Notes under the pieces: model-generated
What the model was told of the DNA's origin: nothing
The model's database searches: none
The model's input: the letters and a program-made list of their open reading frames with translations, nothing else
Source: Dipteris shenzhenensis
Lineage: Eukaryota
DNA: 64,000 nucleotides
Assembly (NCBI GenBank): GCA_047967505.1
Contig: CM106538.1
Reading direction: 5' to 3' (one strand)
Shown: positions 25,690 through 38,990 of the stretch, piece after piece
Layout of the letters: every line of letters starts with the position of its first letter
Position numbering within the stretch: the first letter of the stretch is position 1
Program-made: the position numbers and the translations under genes

Positions 25690-26520
25690 GGAAGAGACAA
25701 TAAGTCACTTGGTGGCAGAAATGTTGGATTAGGAGACAGCGCAATTTACATTGATGGAGTTCATCAAGGACCTTCGGGCCGCATTCCTTCCACTAACTAT
25801 CTAGATAATTTGAGAGTCAATTATCCTAGGGATCCAATGACAAATTTATCATTATGCCAATTGATTCAATTGGGTAGCCATTTAGTGGCAAAGGAAAGAG
25901 CAAGACAAAAACAATAAGTTCTTTTTATGGCTTGCGCTCAGATATTCAGTAGTACGTGCATAGTTTTCAGTCTAAAGATTATGAAAAACCTTATGAGCTT
26001 GGTCAAAATTATGAGCTAGTTAAGGACCCAAGGCAACCTTCAATATAGAGTACTAGGTTTTCACCTTTTTAAGAGACAGTAGCTCTAACAAAGGAAAGAT
26101 ATAGCAATTACCAACCTAATAGAATGAAGAATGATAACTACTACAATGGCTTGTTGGTCTTGGAGTCTCTAAACAGTTATGGTAATGAGAACCATTTCTT
26201 TGATCATTGCATGTAGGGCCACAAAAAGCAAGATTGCCCATACTACAAGAAGCTCCAAGTAGAGATGGCCGCTGTAGTTGGCCCTATATACACTTCACAT
26301 CCTGTAGAAAGGAATTTTCTCATCATTGAGGAGATCAAAGATCTGTAGAAGGGGAAACCTCACATAATTCCCACCACCTTCCATTTTACAACCAGATCGG
26401 TGGGCAGAAAATCCTCATCCTTGCAGACTTTGGGAGTTCTAAGGACATCATCTCCAACAAAGCAACTAGGCAAGCATGGATGACTCTCTCACCAACAATA
26501 ACCATTGCCTTCAATGGTGA
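25690..26520 (+). mobile_element. Highly degenerate retroelement gag/protease remnant
   Basis: Knuckle-like DHCM*GHKKQDC at ~26200 and protease-like ILILADFGSS at ~26410. Weak. Confidence 0.35.
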
Positions 26521-27228
26521 ATTCATAGGTCAACACATGGAAAGCGACATGGAGCCTACTTCAGTCATTCTAAAGATCTCAGGCCACTCACTACCAGTCA
26601 TGATCGCAACAAGCAATGGACATCATACCGAGATCCAAGTGGTAGCACCACCCACTAGGATCTAACCCTAAACATAGTCCAAACACAATCAAGAAAACTA
26701 AATAAAGGTCAATAGACAGGCGACTCACCTCCCTACCACTCTGAGCATGCGGGCTAGATATCAAACTCCCACAAGGCTATGCCATACCTCCAGCATCCCA
26801 TACCACCAGAACTATCCACAAGGAATCTTCCCATATAGTAGGCAAGAGTCTAGCTCATGATTTAGACTAGACCTTATAGTGGTGTCAATACACTAAATAC
26901 CAATCCAATAGCCTTGGCAACTCAACGTTGAAAAGCATCTTACTTTCTACAAAGTGTCATGCCTCAATATAGCCACCTTTGCAAATGTTAAGTCATCTAG
27001 CCCCATGTTAGCCTGCTTCCCTAAATCCTAGGGGCCCCTAACCCTATTGGATTACTAATCTCAGTAGCATCTAGGTACACAACATTATTTTTCTCTTTTA
27101 AGCATTTATTCTTGAATGAAATTGAGAAATTTCCTCTGCAAAGTAACAATTGACTCCCAAGTTAGTCTTTGAACTAACTTATTCATAATTTTCCTTTCCT
27201 TAAAAATGATAACTATTTTGAAACATAG

Positions 27229-29095
27229 TGAAGGTGCATGGTGGAGAGGGAGAGAGAGAGTAGGCTAGAGAGAGAAAGAAAGAAAGAAAGTTTATTAAAG
27301 TCTTCGGAAGACCGATGGGTCTATGAGACTGTGAAAAACCTAGTACAAACGAGCTGTGGTAGTGGAGATAATAATACTCAAAGAGAGACATGATGAAATG
27401 AAAATGAAATAGCAAGAGCAATGAACAAAATGAAAGTACTCACATGTAGACCAAAGAGCTTGTAGACTTGATACTTGATTGATTTGACACTAGACAAATA
27501 CAGCTCTTATATAGAGCACACACACACATATGAACACCAATGCATATGGGAGAACTCCCAATGTGACACGTGGCATCCATAGGACATACTAGACTAGAAT
27601 TCATACTAGAACACACCAAACTAACTCATCTTGACTTCATATTCTAACACCCCCCCATGAAGGCAAGGTGAGAGACTACTGGAATGGAGCCAACAACAGA
27701 ACATGACAATGACGGTCATCAAACTGTGCAATGACAGTGTGCAATGACAGACAGTCTAGAACTAGACATGGCTCCCATGCTATCTCAGAGGCAAGTGAGC
27801 ATGGCTCAGAGCCTATTGAGCATGGTATATAAACTCAAAGGCTCAACTAACATGGCTCTGAGGCTCATCATGCATGGATGCGTGGCCAACTTAAAGGTCT
27901 AGGAGACTAATGCACCTACATTCTAGAACTGACATGCCAGGCCTGATAAATAGACCTATCAAAGCCAATGCATGGCTCCCATAGTACATCCCCTTCTTGA
28001 CCCCAATGACTAACTAGAAACATGGAGTCACACACCATAAAAGAAATACATCATTTTAGGAGGACAGTCCAAGGCAAAGGACCTTTATTTACTCAACACA
28101 CATGATTTATTGCATTCATTTTTGGGAAACATCCCAGGGCAGAGTACCCAAATAGAACATGCTTAGAACATATATGGATCATTATCTCCATCGTTCTCTG
28201 GAGGGAAAGAGAGATGTCAGATTTCAACAGTCCGAGCATGAACTTGTGTCGGAGGGTCGTTATCTTCATCGTCACTCGTGGCGGCTGTAACCCAATTGCC
28301 ATGGTCCTTAATTTGCTGTATGGCAAGCTCTGGTAGCATCGGTCCTCCATATGACCAAGCTTGTTACAAAAGGTGCACTTGTCTTTCCATGTGCATGTGC
28401 TATAGTATCTAAAGAAGAGATCGGAGATTCTTTATTCCTGCGATCTTTTTTGAGAAGAAGAGTCACCATATCATCAAAGTAGTCATGGCAAGCCTAAGCA
28501 TTTTAAGAGTATGTTCAAAATGAGTGACTCCTTCCATACTCTTCATGAGGACAGCCATTTTGTCCTCATCGTCCATGGGGAGACACTTCAGGCTAGAAAG
28601 TTGTTGCACAAGAGATAACATTTTTGCTAAATGTGCACTCAAGTTTTCACTATCATCCATTTTCAATTTATAAAATTGCAACTTCAAGAAAACCTTGGAG
28701 TTTGTGATTTGTTACCAAAAAGATTATCGAGACACGCCCATATCGCCTTGGCTGTTGATTTGAAGTCGATGTGATGAATCAAAGTATCATAAAGGCAAAG
28801 TCTGATGATAGCAATAGCTTTTGAGTTGTGTTGCTTCCGGGTCTTGAGTTGTTGGGGATCCTTTGTGGGAGCATCATCCTCAATAGCATCCCATACATTT
28901 TCTTTCATGAGGAGCAATTGAACCTTAGTTTGCCAAGATAGGTTATCCTTTCCCCTTGAACTTCTCCACGAGCAATGAGTTTGAAGAGAGAGAACTCATT
29001 GTGTACCTTGGGAAATGGCAACTTCAATCTTCAGCACTTTAGGAGCGGGAAAAGAGATGAAACTAATGGCTAGAACTGAAGGCAGAAGAGGCGGA
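27229..29095 (-). mobile_element. LTR family C2, gag-only (TR-GAG-like) element; 5' end cut by Gypsy G1
   Basis: 3' LTR 27229-27649 (TG..CA) and PPT (C7 on + strand) at 27650-27656. Copia-type gag from ATG 28999: VEKFKG...SWQTKVQLLLMKENVWDAI...TAKAIW...FYKLKM, knuckle CTFCNKLGHMEDRC. No PR/IN/RT between gag and PPT. Confidence 0.8.
27274..27370 (-). mobile_element. Short RTE/RTEX 3' stub inside the C2 LTR
   Basis: (GAAA)n-gtttattaaagtcttcggaagaccgatgggtctatgagactg matches 15717-15815. Confidence 0.85.
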
Positions 29096-29137
29096 TGTTA
29101 TACTGAGATCAATGCAGGACCAGTCACTTAGTGAGGG

Positions 29138-29275
29138 GATGACATGGTCACAAGGATGACACAAGTCATGGCGATGACATGGTCACAAGGATGACACAAG
29201 TCATGGCGATGACATGGTTGCAGGATGACACAAGTCATGGTGATGACATGGTTGCAGGATGACACAAGTCATGGA
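29138..29275. repeat. 4 x 34-35 bp tandem repeat in the G1 LTR
   Basis: Unit gatgacatggt(cacaa/tgca)ggatgacacaagtcatgg(c/t). Confidence 0.9.
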
Positions 29276-30031
29276 GAGGACATAGTCACCAGGATGGCAT
29301 AGTCACATGGGGACATAATCATCAGGAGGATATATCACCCAAGTGCATGGTCATAAGTCAAGGGTCTTCATGTCACGTAGTCACGCTCCACTAGCCTCTG
29401 CAGACCTGACTCATTGGTGGCATAGATGTTCATTTGGCGGTGCCTTGTCAGATACAGGGTGGTTGCAGGCAGTGCACATGGAGTAGTTACAACGCACCAA
29501 CTCGGCCCAAGCTGGCCGTGGCAGCAGACATGAAGAGACTCAACGACGCGATGGATAAGGATGAGGGGACAACCAATAGGAGAGAGGGAGGGGATTTTCC
29601 CATCCGAAAGGTGAGGGTGAAGAGGGGAGATGAGGGGGATGGGGATGGATGGAGCATTGTACGGGGATTGAGAGTGAGAAGGAGAGAGACTAGAGCTACG
29701 AGCTCACCTGTTGCATTGCTATGGTGTATTGCTATTGCTGCATTGTGGTAGATGAGTGGTCTCTGATCTGTGTTCGGAGAGACTAGTGTATGAGGATCCC
29801 TTCATTCTTTGATACACACTTGCTCGCATCGTGCTCTTGTCTATTGCTTTCTCCGTCCTCTATTATTAGTGTTGTTCCTTCTTATCTCCTTTCTGGGTTT
29901 GTTCTTCCAGTTCTAGTTCTCAGCAGTCCGTAGCACCTTCGACTAGTGTTGTGTCATAGGTTCACGCATCATGCAGTGTAGCGAGTAGTTCTGATACCCT
30001 TGAAGGAGCTAGTAAGAGAACTAGGAGATAC

Positions 30032-33000
30032 TTGAGGAGAGTGGAGAGAAGACTTCCTATCGACCAAACTCGATACAAGAAGCATTATGTGAGATGGAAG
30101 TTGGTGAAGTCCTCAGGGCGAGCACAAAGTGAACCCATTGGAGTAGTGGCCAGAGCAAGCAATTTCATCGAAACTCTCATCGATCTAGACCAACAAGATC
30201 CCTGGTGGTCAGATCAGGACTCTGGAGAAGAGGAAGTACAAAGCGGGGAGCAAGTGAAGGAGGAAAGTACGAAGGACGAAAGCTCCTCAAGAGCTCTTCA
30301 GGGTCAAGACAGCACCTCTTCTCCTCTTGCAATGATGTCTTCATCAACAGCCACTTCAATGGGAGTAGTGCCCACTTCAGCACCGGACTTGACATCCAGT
30401 GGTCAAGCTACTATTTCACATAACCCTGCTCCGTCGAGTCTAGTTTCTACATCCATGACACCTGTGGGCTCTCATTTTGCTCTGGTCATGTCCCTACCCT
30501 CTACGTTGCCATTACCATTATCTATGTCCTTTCCTACTACTTATCCATCATACATGGCTTCGACCCCATCCTTGTCTTTCCCAACTGCCCTCGCATCCTC
30601 TTTGACCCCCATGTTTCCTATGTCCTCACCATCTACTTTTGCAACAGTAGCACCTGTGACATATGCAGTACCATCTATTTCCTCTATGGCTACATTAGTA
30701 GTGAGTTTACCACTAGTGTGGTCCTCTACACGGGGTATCGCCTCATCAACCTCTCCACCGTATGTCTCCATGGTACCCACAATTAGTATTGTTCCATCGG
30801 GAGGCCCTTCATCTGGGGTGGGGATGGTGGTTCTTAATCCTGCAGAAAAAGCTCGACTTCTTGAGTTTCTCAACAAGGTCCATGTGAAGACTCGGAAATT
30901 CAAAGGTCACCTTCATGAGGATGCAGAAGCTCATATGAGAAAATTCATCACGACATGCAAAGCTAAAGGCATGGAGAGCGAGCATGCCTTCCTACACATC
31001 TTTCCGTTGTCATTGGAGGATGCAGCTGATGTATGGTTTAGTCAATTTCCCCCTGACCATTTTCAAACTTGGACATCTCTAAGGGAGGAATTCTTATGAA
31101 CTTTCAAATTGGAGAAGTTTGAACATATGATTGTCGAGGAGTTGTCCACTGACACTATGAAGACTAGGGAAAGCATATCTGAGATGTACTCAAGGATGAG
31201 GGTCTTGGCTGCCAAGATGTTTGTGCCACCTAATGATGCTGTCATGAAAGGGTGGTTTTTGAAAGCATTTCCTCCCACCATTGCTATAATGCTGGTTGAC
31301 AAACTCCTTGAACATGCCTCACTACAAGATTTCTTGAGAGAGGTAGTGAAGATGGAAGGGTCACAGTTAAGTTTTTTCTCATCGCCGACTTCGACCGCCC
31401 AGCCCCTGAGAGAGGAGGGATCATCGGAATGGCAGCAACTCAAGAAGGAATTAGAAGAAATCAAAGAAGTTCTGAAAGACAGAACAAGGATGGATGGACA
31501 ATCATCCTATGAGGCCCAGATCAGAAGTGGTCTTTGGTGTACAGAATGCAAGGGTTCTGGCTATGGTCAGTGGGAGTGTCCCTCTAAGCGCAAGGTACCT
31601 ACTTCTACCTCCTTTTGTACATTTTGTGAAATCCATGGACATGATTCTTCTGAGTGTAGGTACCTCAAAGGGTTAAGGAAGCTTCTACCAGAGTATTCTT
31701 CAAGGGAACCCCTAGTGGATGCAATCAACAGAGCTACACCGGTAGCTTCTAGCCTGACACTTGTACCTCCTACTCTTGGAAAAGCATCTGAGCCACCTTC
31801 CCCTCCTATCATTCCACCCCCATTGTTTCCTAATCCTCCTTTGCTTCAAGCCCCTGCACACAATCCGGTTGGGGCACCATACTTTTATCCTCAGCCCTAA
31901 AATGCACCATACCAACCACCTACTCTTGGAGGTGGGTATGGACAGTACTATCAACGCAGTCGACGGGGTGGTTTTCGAGGAGGCCACAGAGGCGCTAGTC
32001 GAGGGACCAACCTTAGAAGACCTATCATGTGTTATCGATGCGGAGAGTACGGCCACTACCAAGATGATTGTCCACAGCCGTTTGGAGGACCCTCTTGCAC
32101 ACAGTGCAACACAAATGACCACTATAGTAGAGACTGTCCCAATACCAGAGGTGAACCAACATCCCAAGTCAACATGGTTGATGTAGTAGTGGAGGGGGAG
32201 AGCGCACACCCCATCTAATTGGTGCAGTGTTGGGAGCTATGACAAGGTCACAAATAAAGGATAGCGATGTTATGCACGACTCTGTCTCAACACCATCGGC
32301 CTTGTCACCGACTAGTATGCATCTTCCTCGTCCTCTCCTGTTAGTCGATCAGAAAAATCACCAAAGTCCTCACAACCATTCAGGCCCGTCAACAGCTCCA
32401 AAAGTGGCCGACCTTCCGACAACCAATCTATGCCTTCAAGGTATCAAGCAGTGGTCAAGAGCATCATCAATGATCTTCAAACTAGTAGTTCCAAGGAGGA
32501 GGGAAGCACACCTCAGTTTCCTTCCCGAAAGTTTAGAATAGTGCAGCTCGCAAAGGCACTAACAACCCTAGTAGGACAAAACAAGGGTGCGGAGGAGCAA
32601 CTAGGACCTTCCAATTTTCTCCAAGAAATGGGGCCATTAAGACATAATATGGCACAAGACAAAGGGAATCAGGTGATAGAAGAAACATTACATGAGTCAC
32701 GGGCTAGACATTTGAGAAATGGTACGGCACAAGATAAAGGGAAGCAGGTGTGGGAAGGGACATCACATGAGTCAATGCCTGGACATTCACATTTGCACCC
32801 TCCACCTCGCGTGAGCTTCGACCCTCAGACAGAAGCTAGGAGAATGAGGTTACAAAACGCAACGACCTAGCCCTACTCCTTGATCCAGGACTTGATGGAA
32901 TTCAGGCCCAACATTACCCTACGTCAACTTTGTTTATTGTCCCCCACAAATCAAGGACTAGACCATGGCGTTCCTGAACCGTATGGCAGGAGGTCGACAC

Positions 33001-36000
33001 AAGGGACTTGTTCAACGCGGGCCCACACTAGAGACCCCGGACCTATTCAACGCAGGCCCGCACTGGAGACCGGACCGATTCAAGACGGAGATCAATGCTC
33101 GGCTTATGCTGCCTTAACATGTGATAAAGTCCTCGGCTCAATGTGGATATTAATGGCTTGGAGCTGAAGGATGTATTCTTGGATGGGGGTGCAACTGTGA
33201 ACATCATGCCCAAAGGTACACTACAACAACTAGGTTTGAAGTTGACCAGTGATGTCTCTTTCCAAGTCTGCATGGCTAATCAACGTAGAGTGAAGCCTAT
33301 GGGGGCAGTCAAGGGTGTTAACATGAAGATTGGTGGTGTGACATTCTTGTCCAAAAAGTTGTTTTGGACATGACCGAGGATGCACAAACCTACCCTTTAC
33401 TTCTTGGTCGACCATCGTTGTGGTCAGCGAAGACCATTCAAGATTGGTCCACAAATGAAGTTCGGCTGCCCTTAGGATCCACATCCTTGAAAGTAGATAT
33501 GGTCATGGAAAAAGCACGGCACCAACCCATCGAACTAGGTGAAGAGGATTTTGAAGAGCAAGTTGGAATGGAAGAGGAGCGTTGGGCTCTTAGGGACTGG
33601 CCCATTGCAGATGACCAAGATGGAGGAGAGGAAACACAAATGGTGGAGGGTTTTGAAAGCTTGACCTACTTGTTGGATCATGCTGACCAAGATGAGGATG
33701 AAGCTGTCATCTTAGATTGGATGGGCGCCTTGGGCTCCTTGTCTGTTCACATGGTGGAACTCAGTTCTCTAGATCATGATGTGACTAGCCTCCAAGTGAG
33801 AGGGACCAGCAAGCCCTACTATATCTTTGACCCTTGGTCTGGGTGAGCTCGCCTATCACACGATGCCCTTTGGTCTCTTTAATAATCCTCACATGTATAA
33901 GTGGATGGTTCGTGCAACTACAGGGGAGGCTAATGCTGAGATTACCAGCGTCGCCAAAGCCGATGAGTAGGAAGGTCAAAGGTTGACCCATGACATGTAT
34001 AATACCAACCCTCAAGAGCTAGGTCCAATGTTGGCACACGACATGGGAAGCACCAACCATCAGGGAGACCATTTCACAATCACTATAGAAGAGCAGGCTC
34101 ATGATACTAATAGTGCAATGGAGATCAATGTGACAGTGACGCAGATGACGTGGAGAGTACTAGTTGGGTGGATGATTCAGATCAGTCTGATCAAGAAGCC
34201 GAGTCTGCCAACAACATGGCTAGTGTTGACCACAGACCAATGGAGTGGCCACTCCCTCCTCCAAGGACACAAAGCACTTTCAGGCATGATGTTGGGAATA
34301 GCTGGAGCCAAGAGCAAGGAGAGCACCTACGGGGAGTAGTGCACATAAGCACTGGAGTTAAAGCTTTCTGGAGTACCCGGCAGACACACCTTGCAACCGA
34401 AGAAAAAGATGTTAGGGACCTTACCTTGCTCGACTTGTATCTTTCTGAAGCAGACCTCAATATGACAAAAGATGTTCCTAGAACCACGCATGAGGTGGAA
34501 GGCTTACCATACCGTGGGATGCTCAAGCAGGCACAAAAGGGTAAAAAGAAGTCTTCTACTAATGCCCCTTCTATATCTCAACCAGTTCCGGAGACCACAT
34601 CCGCAACCTTTCCTCCATCTTGGTTGAGGGAAGTGAGCGGTGACTTCTCCCTCGAAGACACTCTTGCACATGCAGGGTTGGGGGAAGGAGCAACCAGCCA
34701 CCCCTCATCCACAAGTGTTCCCCAGGTGGATCAGGCACGTGATTGATAGTACCTCAACATCGAGACTGAAGACGAACCAAGACATTTGAAGGTAGCAAGA
34801 TGGGTCTGGGAGCATGAATATCTTCTTGCTGCTTTAACTTATTTTTACAAGGAATATGTCGACGTATTTGCTTGGGGTTACAACCAAGTTCGGGTCCGAG
34901 AACAAAATTAGTTGAAAACCACTTTTATCACCCAATGGGGAACATATGCCTACATGATGATGCCTTTTGGTCTCTGCAACGCCCCGGCAACATTTCAGCG
35001 ACTGGTCAACAAAATCTTCCAAGAGAATATTGGAAGGTTTCTTGAGGTATTCTTGGACGATTTTTCGACTTTCAATGGTAAGAATGCCTCTCACCTCGAC
35101 CCTGCTGTGCAAACTGGTCACGTCAATAAGTTGAGATGGGTTTTTGACAAGTGCAGGGAAGCCTGTTTGTGCTTGAATCCTAACAAATGCTTTTTCCTAG
35201 CATTGCGAGGGGTTCTCTTAGGTCACATTGTGTCGGCCGAGGGTATGACCACCGACCCAGCTAAGGTGGAGGTGATTCTGACCTTGTCCATTCCTCACAC
35301 ACCTCACGAGGTCAAGTCCTTTTTGGGACATGTGGGTTATTATCACAGATTCATCCGGTTCTATGCCGACATAGTAGTAGCACTAACAGAACTCCTCTAC
35401 TCAAAACAATCCTTCCTATGGTCCACACCTCAGCAATTGGCATTCGAAAATCTCAAGGACCGTTTAGTGAAGGCACCCATCCTACAGCAACCCCAATGGG
35501 ATATCATTTTTCATGTCCATGTCAATGCAAGTGGGGCAGCCATTGGTGCAATATTAGCTCAAGCAGATGCGGAGCACAAACTGGACCTGCCTGTTTACTT
35601 TGCCAGTAGACAACTCAATTGTGCAGAATGCAACTATAGTACCACGGAGCGCAAGGGCCTAGGCACAGTTTATGCCATGACAAAGTACCGGCACTACCTC
35701 TTGGGCAGTAAGTTTATTATCATCACTGATCATCAATCTCTCAAGTATTTGCTAAACAAACCCACACTTGGGGGTAGATTAAGCAGGTGGATACTTCTTT
35801 TTCAAGAATTCGACTTTGACATTGTAGTGAGGGCAGGACATTTGCACCAACCTGCAAATCATTTGTGACAGATCTCTTCAGGTGAAGCACCAACAGGGGT
35901 GGAGGATGAATTGCCAGATGCGGGCCTCTTCGGAGTGAAAATGACAAAGGATGATTGCTTGTTTGCAGTCGACTCCATTCCACCGTGGTATGCAAACATT

Positions 36001-37179
36001 GTGCATTTGTTGTCCACGGGTGAGTTTCGAGAAAGGCTAACCCTAGCCCAGAAGAGAAAACATATCATTCAAGCTGCCCCCTTCAAATTGATTGCTGGAC
36101 AATTGTACAAGAAGCTAGGTAAAGACCATATTCTTCGACGGTGCATGGTCCCTCATGAAACACAGGCCATTCTTGATGAGGCTCACTCAGGCATGGGGGG
36201 TGGTCATATGGCTCTAGAGGCCACTACTCAAAAGATAATGCGAGCAGGATTGTGGTGGCCGAAGTTGTTCCAAGACTGCTATGCTCATGTGCGCCGTTGT
36301 GACTCATGTCAACGAGTTGGTCCCAAGCCGACCCGACGTGAGTACCTTCCCCTAAAGCCATTCAGCCCTGTAGCCCCCTTCTATAGATGGGGCTTGGACT
36401 TTGTTGAACCCATCTCTTCTGCCACTCAAAGAGGGAACAAGTATGCCTTGATTGCCATAGACTATGGCACCAAATGGGTTGAGGCCAAGGCTGCAAAGGC
36501 ATGCACCGCTCAAGTAGTAGCTACTTTTCTTTATGATCAAATCATCTCAAGGTTTGGATGTCTTGTAGAATTGATGAGCAATCGAGGCACCCACTTCCTA
36601 AATGATGTCATTACTGACATCACCACTCAAGTGCAAATAATTTACAAGACATCTAGTTCATATTACCCTCGCACCAATGGCTTGGCTGAGAGCTCCAATA
36701 AGACCATGTGTAGTATCATGACACGGTCTTAATTCTCTAGAGGATTGGGATATTTTGCCCCCCGCAACTCTTTTTGCTTACAGGATGACATATAAGGCCA
36801 GCACTGGATATTCACCATTTCGATTGGTTTACGGCCTTGGATGACAACTTGGAGGCCTGTACCCTTGAATGGCTGTGGGATCCTGAAGCCTTAGATGCAC
36901 CGACAAGAGGCCGTCCTTGCATAGGAAGTTTGGCAAAATAGACAACGGGCGTGGCATGATAGGAACCTCCGTCGTCATGAGTTTAAAGTGGGTGATTTGG
37001 TTCTCTTGTATTCCAGCAAGTTTTTGAAGCATAAACCTAAATTTGTTAGCGGGTGGACTAGACCTTACTTCATCTCCAAACTTCTGCCTAGTGGCGGTGT
37101 GTATTTGGCCACTTTGAACGGTATGGTGCTACCAGCCCCAGTAGACTGTTCCAGAGTGAGGAAATATCAGCCTTCGTAA
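30032..37179 (+). pseudogene. G1 gag-pol (gag with 4 zinc knuckles, protease, partly deleted RT, RNase H, integrase)
   Basis: FKGHLHEDAEAH...FPLSLEDAADVWF; VFLDGGATVNIM; MPFGLCNAPATFQR...VFLDD; VHVNASGAAIGA...YSTTE...ITDH; EAHSGMGGGH...CDSCQR, WGLDF, NGLAE, WTRPY. PR-RT-RH-IN order is Gypsy. Confidence 0.93.
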
Positions 37180-37654
37180 ACTCTTCTGGAGGAGCTTGTA
37201 TATACCCTTTTCAAAAACCAAAAAAAAAAGTTTGGCTATTCACTTTGGCTTATTGTAGGTTTCATTGTGTCCTCTTTCACTACATTTTTTCAGGCATTTC
37301 TTCCCTTCATGGAATGGCATGGGGTGTCGGTGGGTTCCCTTTAAAGCTTCACAAGAGGTCTGTAGTAGGTGAAGGCATGTCTTACTTACTTCATGCTTAC
37401 AAGACTTGGGTTATAGGTCATATCATGAGTCAATCACTTGGAAGAGGATTCATGCCTTGGGACATATGTTATATCATGACTCAATCCCTTGGGACAAGGT
37501 TACAAGACTTGGAACAGGCATCACTTGGACAAGGATATAACATGACGCAAGTCACCCACCAACTTGTGCAATCTCTCATATCTTCACTCAGTCCATGGTG
37601 CATTGGTTTTCTTTCCATAGCAAAGAGAGACAGAGTGTGGTAGTATCAACACTT

Positions 37655-38050
37655 CCTCACTTTTCTCACTTTCTCTCTCTAGATGCACTTCTCTCACTTT
37701 CTCTCTCTAAATATATTCTCTCTCTAGATACCTTTTTTCACTTTCTCTCTCTAGATACTCTCTCTCTCTCTAGAGCAATTCTCTAACTTTCTCTCTCTAA
37801 ACATATTCTCTCTCTCGATGCACTTCTCTCTAGAGCAATTCTCTCACTTTCTCTCTCTAAACATATTTTCTCTCTAGACGCACTCTCTCTCTAGAGACCT
37901 TTTTCACACTTTCTCTCTCTCTAGATGCACTTCTCTCTAGAGCAATTCTCTCACTTTCTCTCTTTAAACATATTCTCTCTCTAGATGCACTCTCTCTCTC
38001 TAGAGATCCTTTGCTCACTTTATCTCTCTAAATGCACTCTGTCTCTAGAA
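37655..38050. repeat. CT-rich degenerate tandem array (~60-bp units)
   Basis: Repeated cactttctctctctaaacatattctctctctagatgcac...gagcaattctc. Confidence 0.85.
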
Positions 38051-38094
38051 TCACCCTCTCTCTACAAGCCAACCTAGTGCACATGACCTCTCTA

Positions 38095-38600
38095 GTGCTG
38101 TAGAAGGACCTTCTCTCTCCTGTTGCAGAAGGACCTTCTCTCTCTTGGTGGTACAAAAAACCTTCTCTCTCCTGCTGTAGAAGGACCTTCTCTCTCCTGC
38201 CTGCAAAAGGACCTTCTCTCTCCTGGTGGTACAAAGGACCTTCTCTCTCCTGTGCTACAGAAGGCCCTTCTCTCTCCTGGTGCAAAGGACCTTCTCTCTC
38301 CTAGTAATGCAGAAGGCCCCTCTCTCTCCTAGTGGTGCAGAAGAACCTTCTCTCTCTTGGTGGTACAAAAGACCTTCTCTCTCCTGCTGCAGAAGGACCT
38401 TCTCTCTCCTGCTTGTAGAAGGACCTTCTATCTCCCAGTGGTACAAAGGACCTTCTCTCTCCTAGTGCAAAGGACCTTCTCTCTCCTAGTAATGCAGAAG
38501 GTCCTTCTCTCTCCTAGTGGTGCAAAAGGCCATTCTCTCTCCTGGTGCAGTAGGACCTCTTCTCTCTCTGTGGTGCACGCAAACTTCTCTCTCTCTTGTG
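38095..38600. repeat. Tandem array of ~22-28 bp units (GCAGAAGGACCTTCTCTCTCCT)
   Basis: About 20 copies of the core aaggaccttctctctcct. Confidence 0.9.
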
Positions 38601-38664
38601 ATTCAAAACAACTTTCTCTCCTAGGTGAAAAGGACATGCCATGTTCTTTAGCTTTGGTGGAGGA

Positions 38665-38990
38665 AGGAACAAGGAGGCTCGGTGTCCTTTAGCTTCGGGG
38701 GTGAAGTGAACACATAGGCTTGGTGTCCTTTAGCTTCGGTGGTGAAGGAACAAGGAGGCTTGGTGTCCTCTAGCTTCAGTGGTGAAATGAACAAGGAGGC
38801 TTGGTGTCCTCTAGCTTCGGTGGTGAAGGGAACAAAGAGGCTTGGTGTCCTCTAGCTTCGGTGGTGAAGGGACAAGGAGGCTCGGTGTTCTTTAGCTTCG
38901 GTGAAGCATGGACAAGGAGGTTCAGTATACTCTAGGCTTGGTGGTGGATGCAAGAGGTCAAAGTCCTGTCCTCTAGCTTCGGTGGTGAGA
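38665..38990. repeat. Tandem array of ~40-bp units (GAACAAGGAGGCTTGGTGTCCTCTAGCTTCGGTGGTGAA)
   Basis: About 7-8 copies read directly. Confidence 0.9.

Noticed and set aside
33843-34725. Ogre-style intron between protease and RT in G1
   Set aside because: The candidate GT/AG pair does not restore the RT frame, and ORF 34150-34746 is already in frame with RT, so the spacer looks like decayed coding sequence.
37655-38990. CRISPR-like repeat arrays
   Set aside because: Head-to-tail degenerate units without unique spacers, eukaryotic retroelement context, no cas genes.
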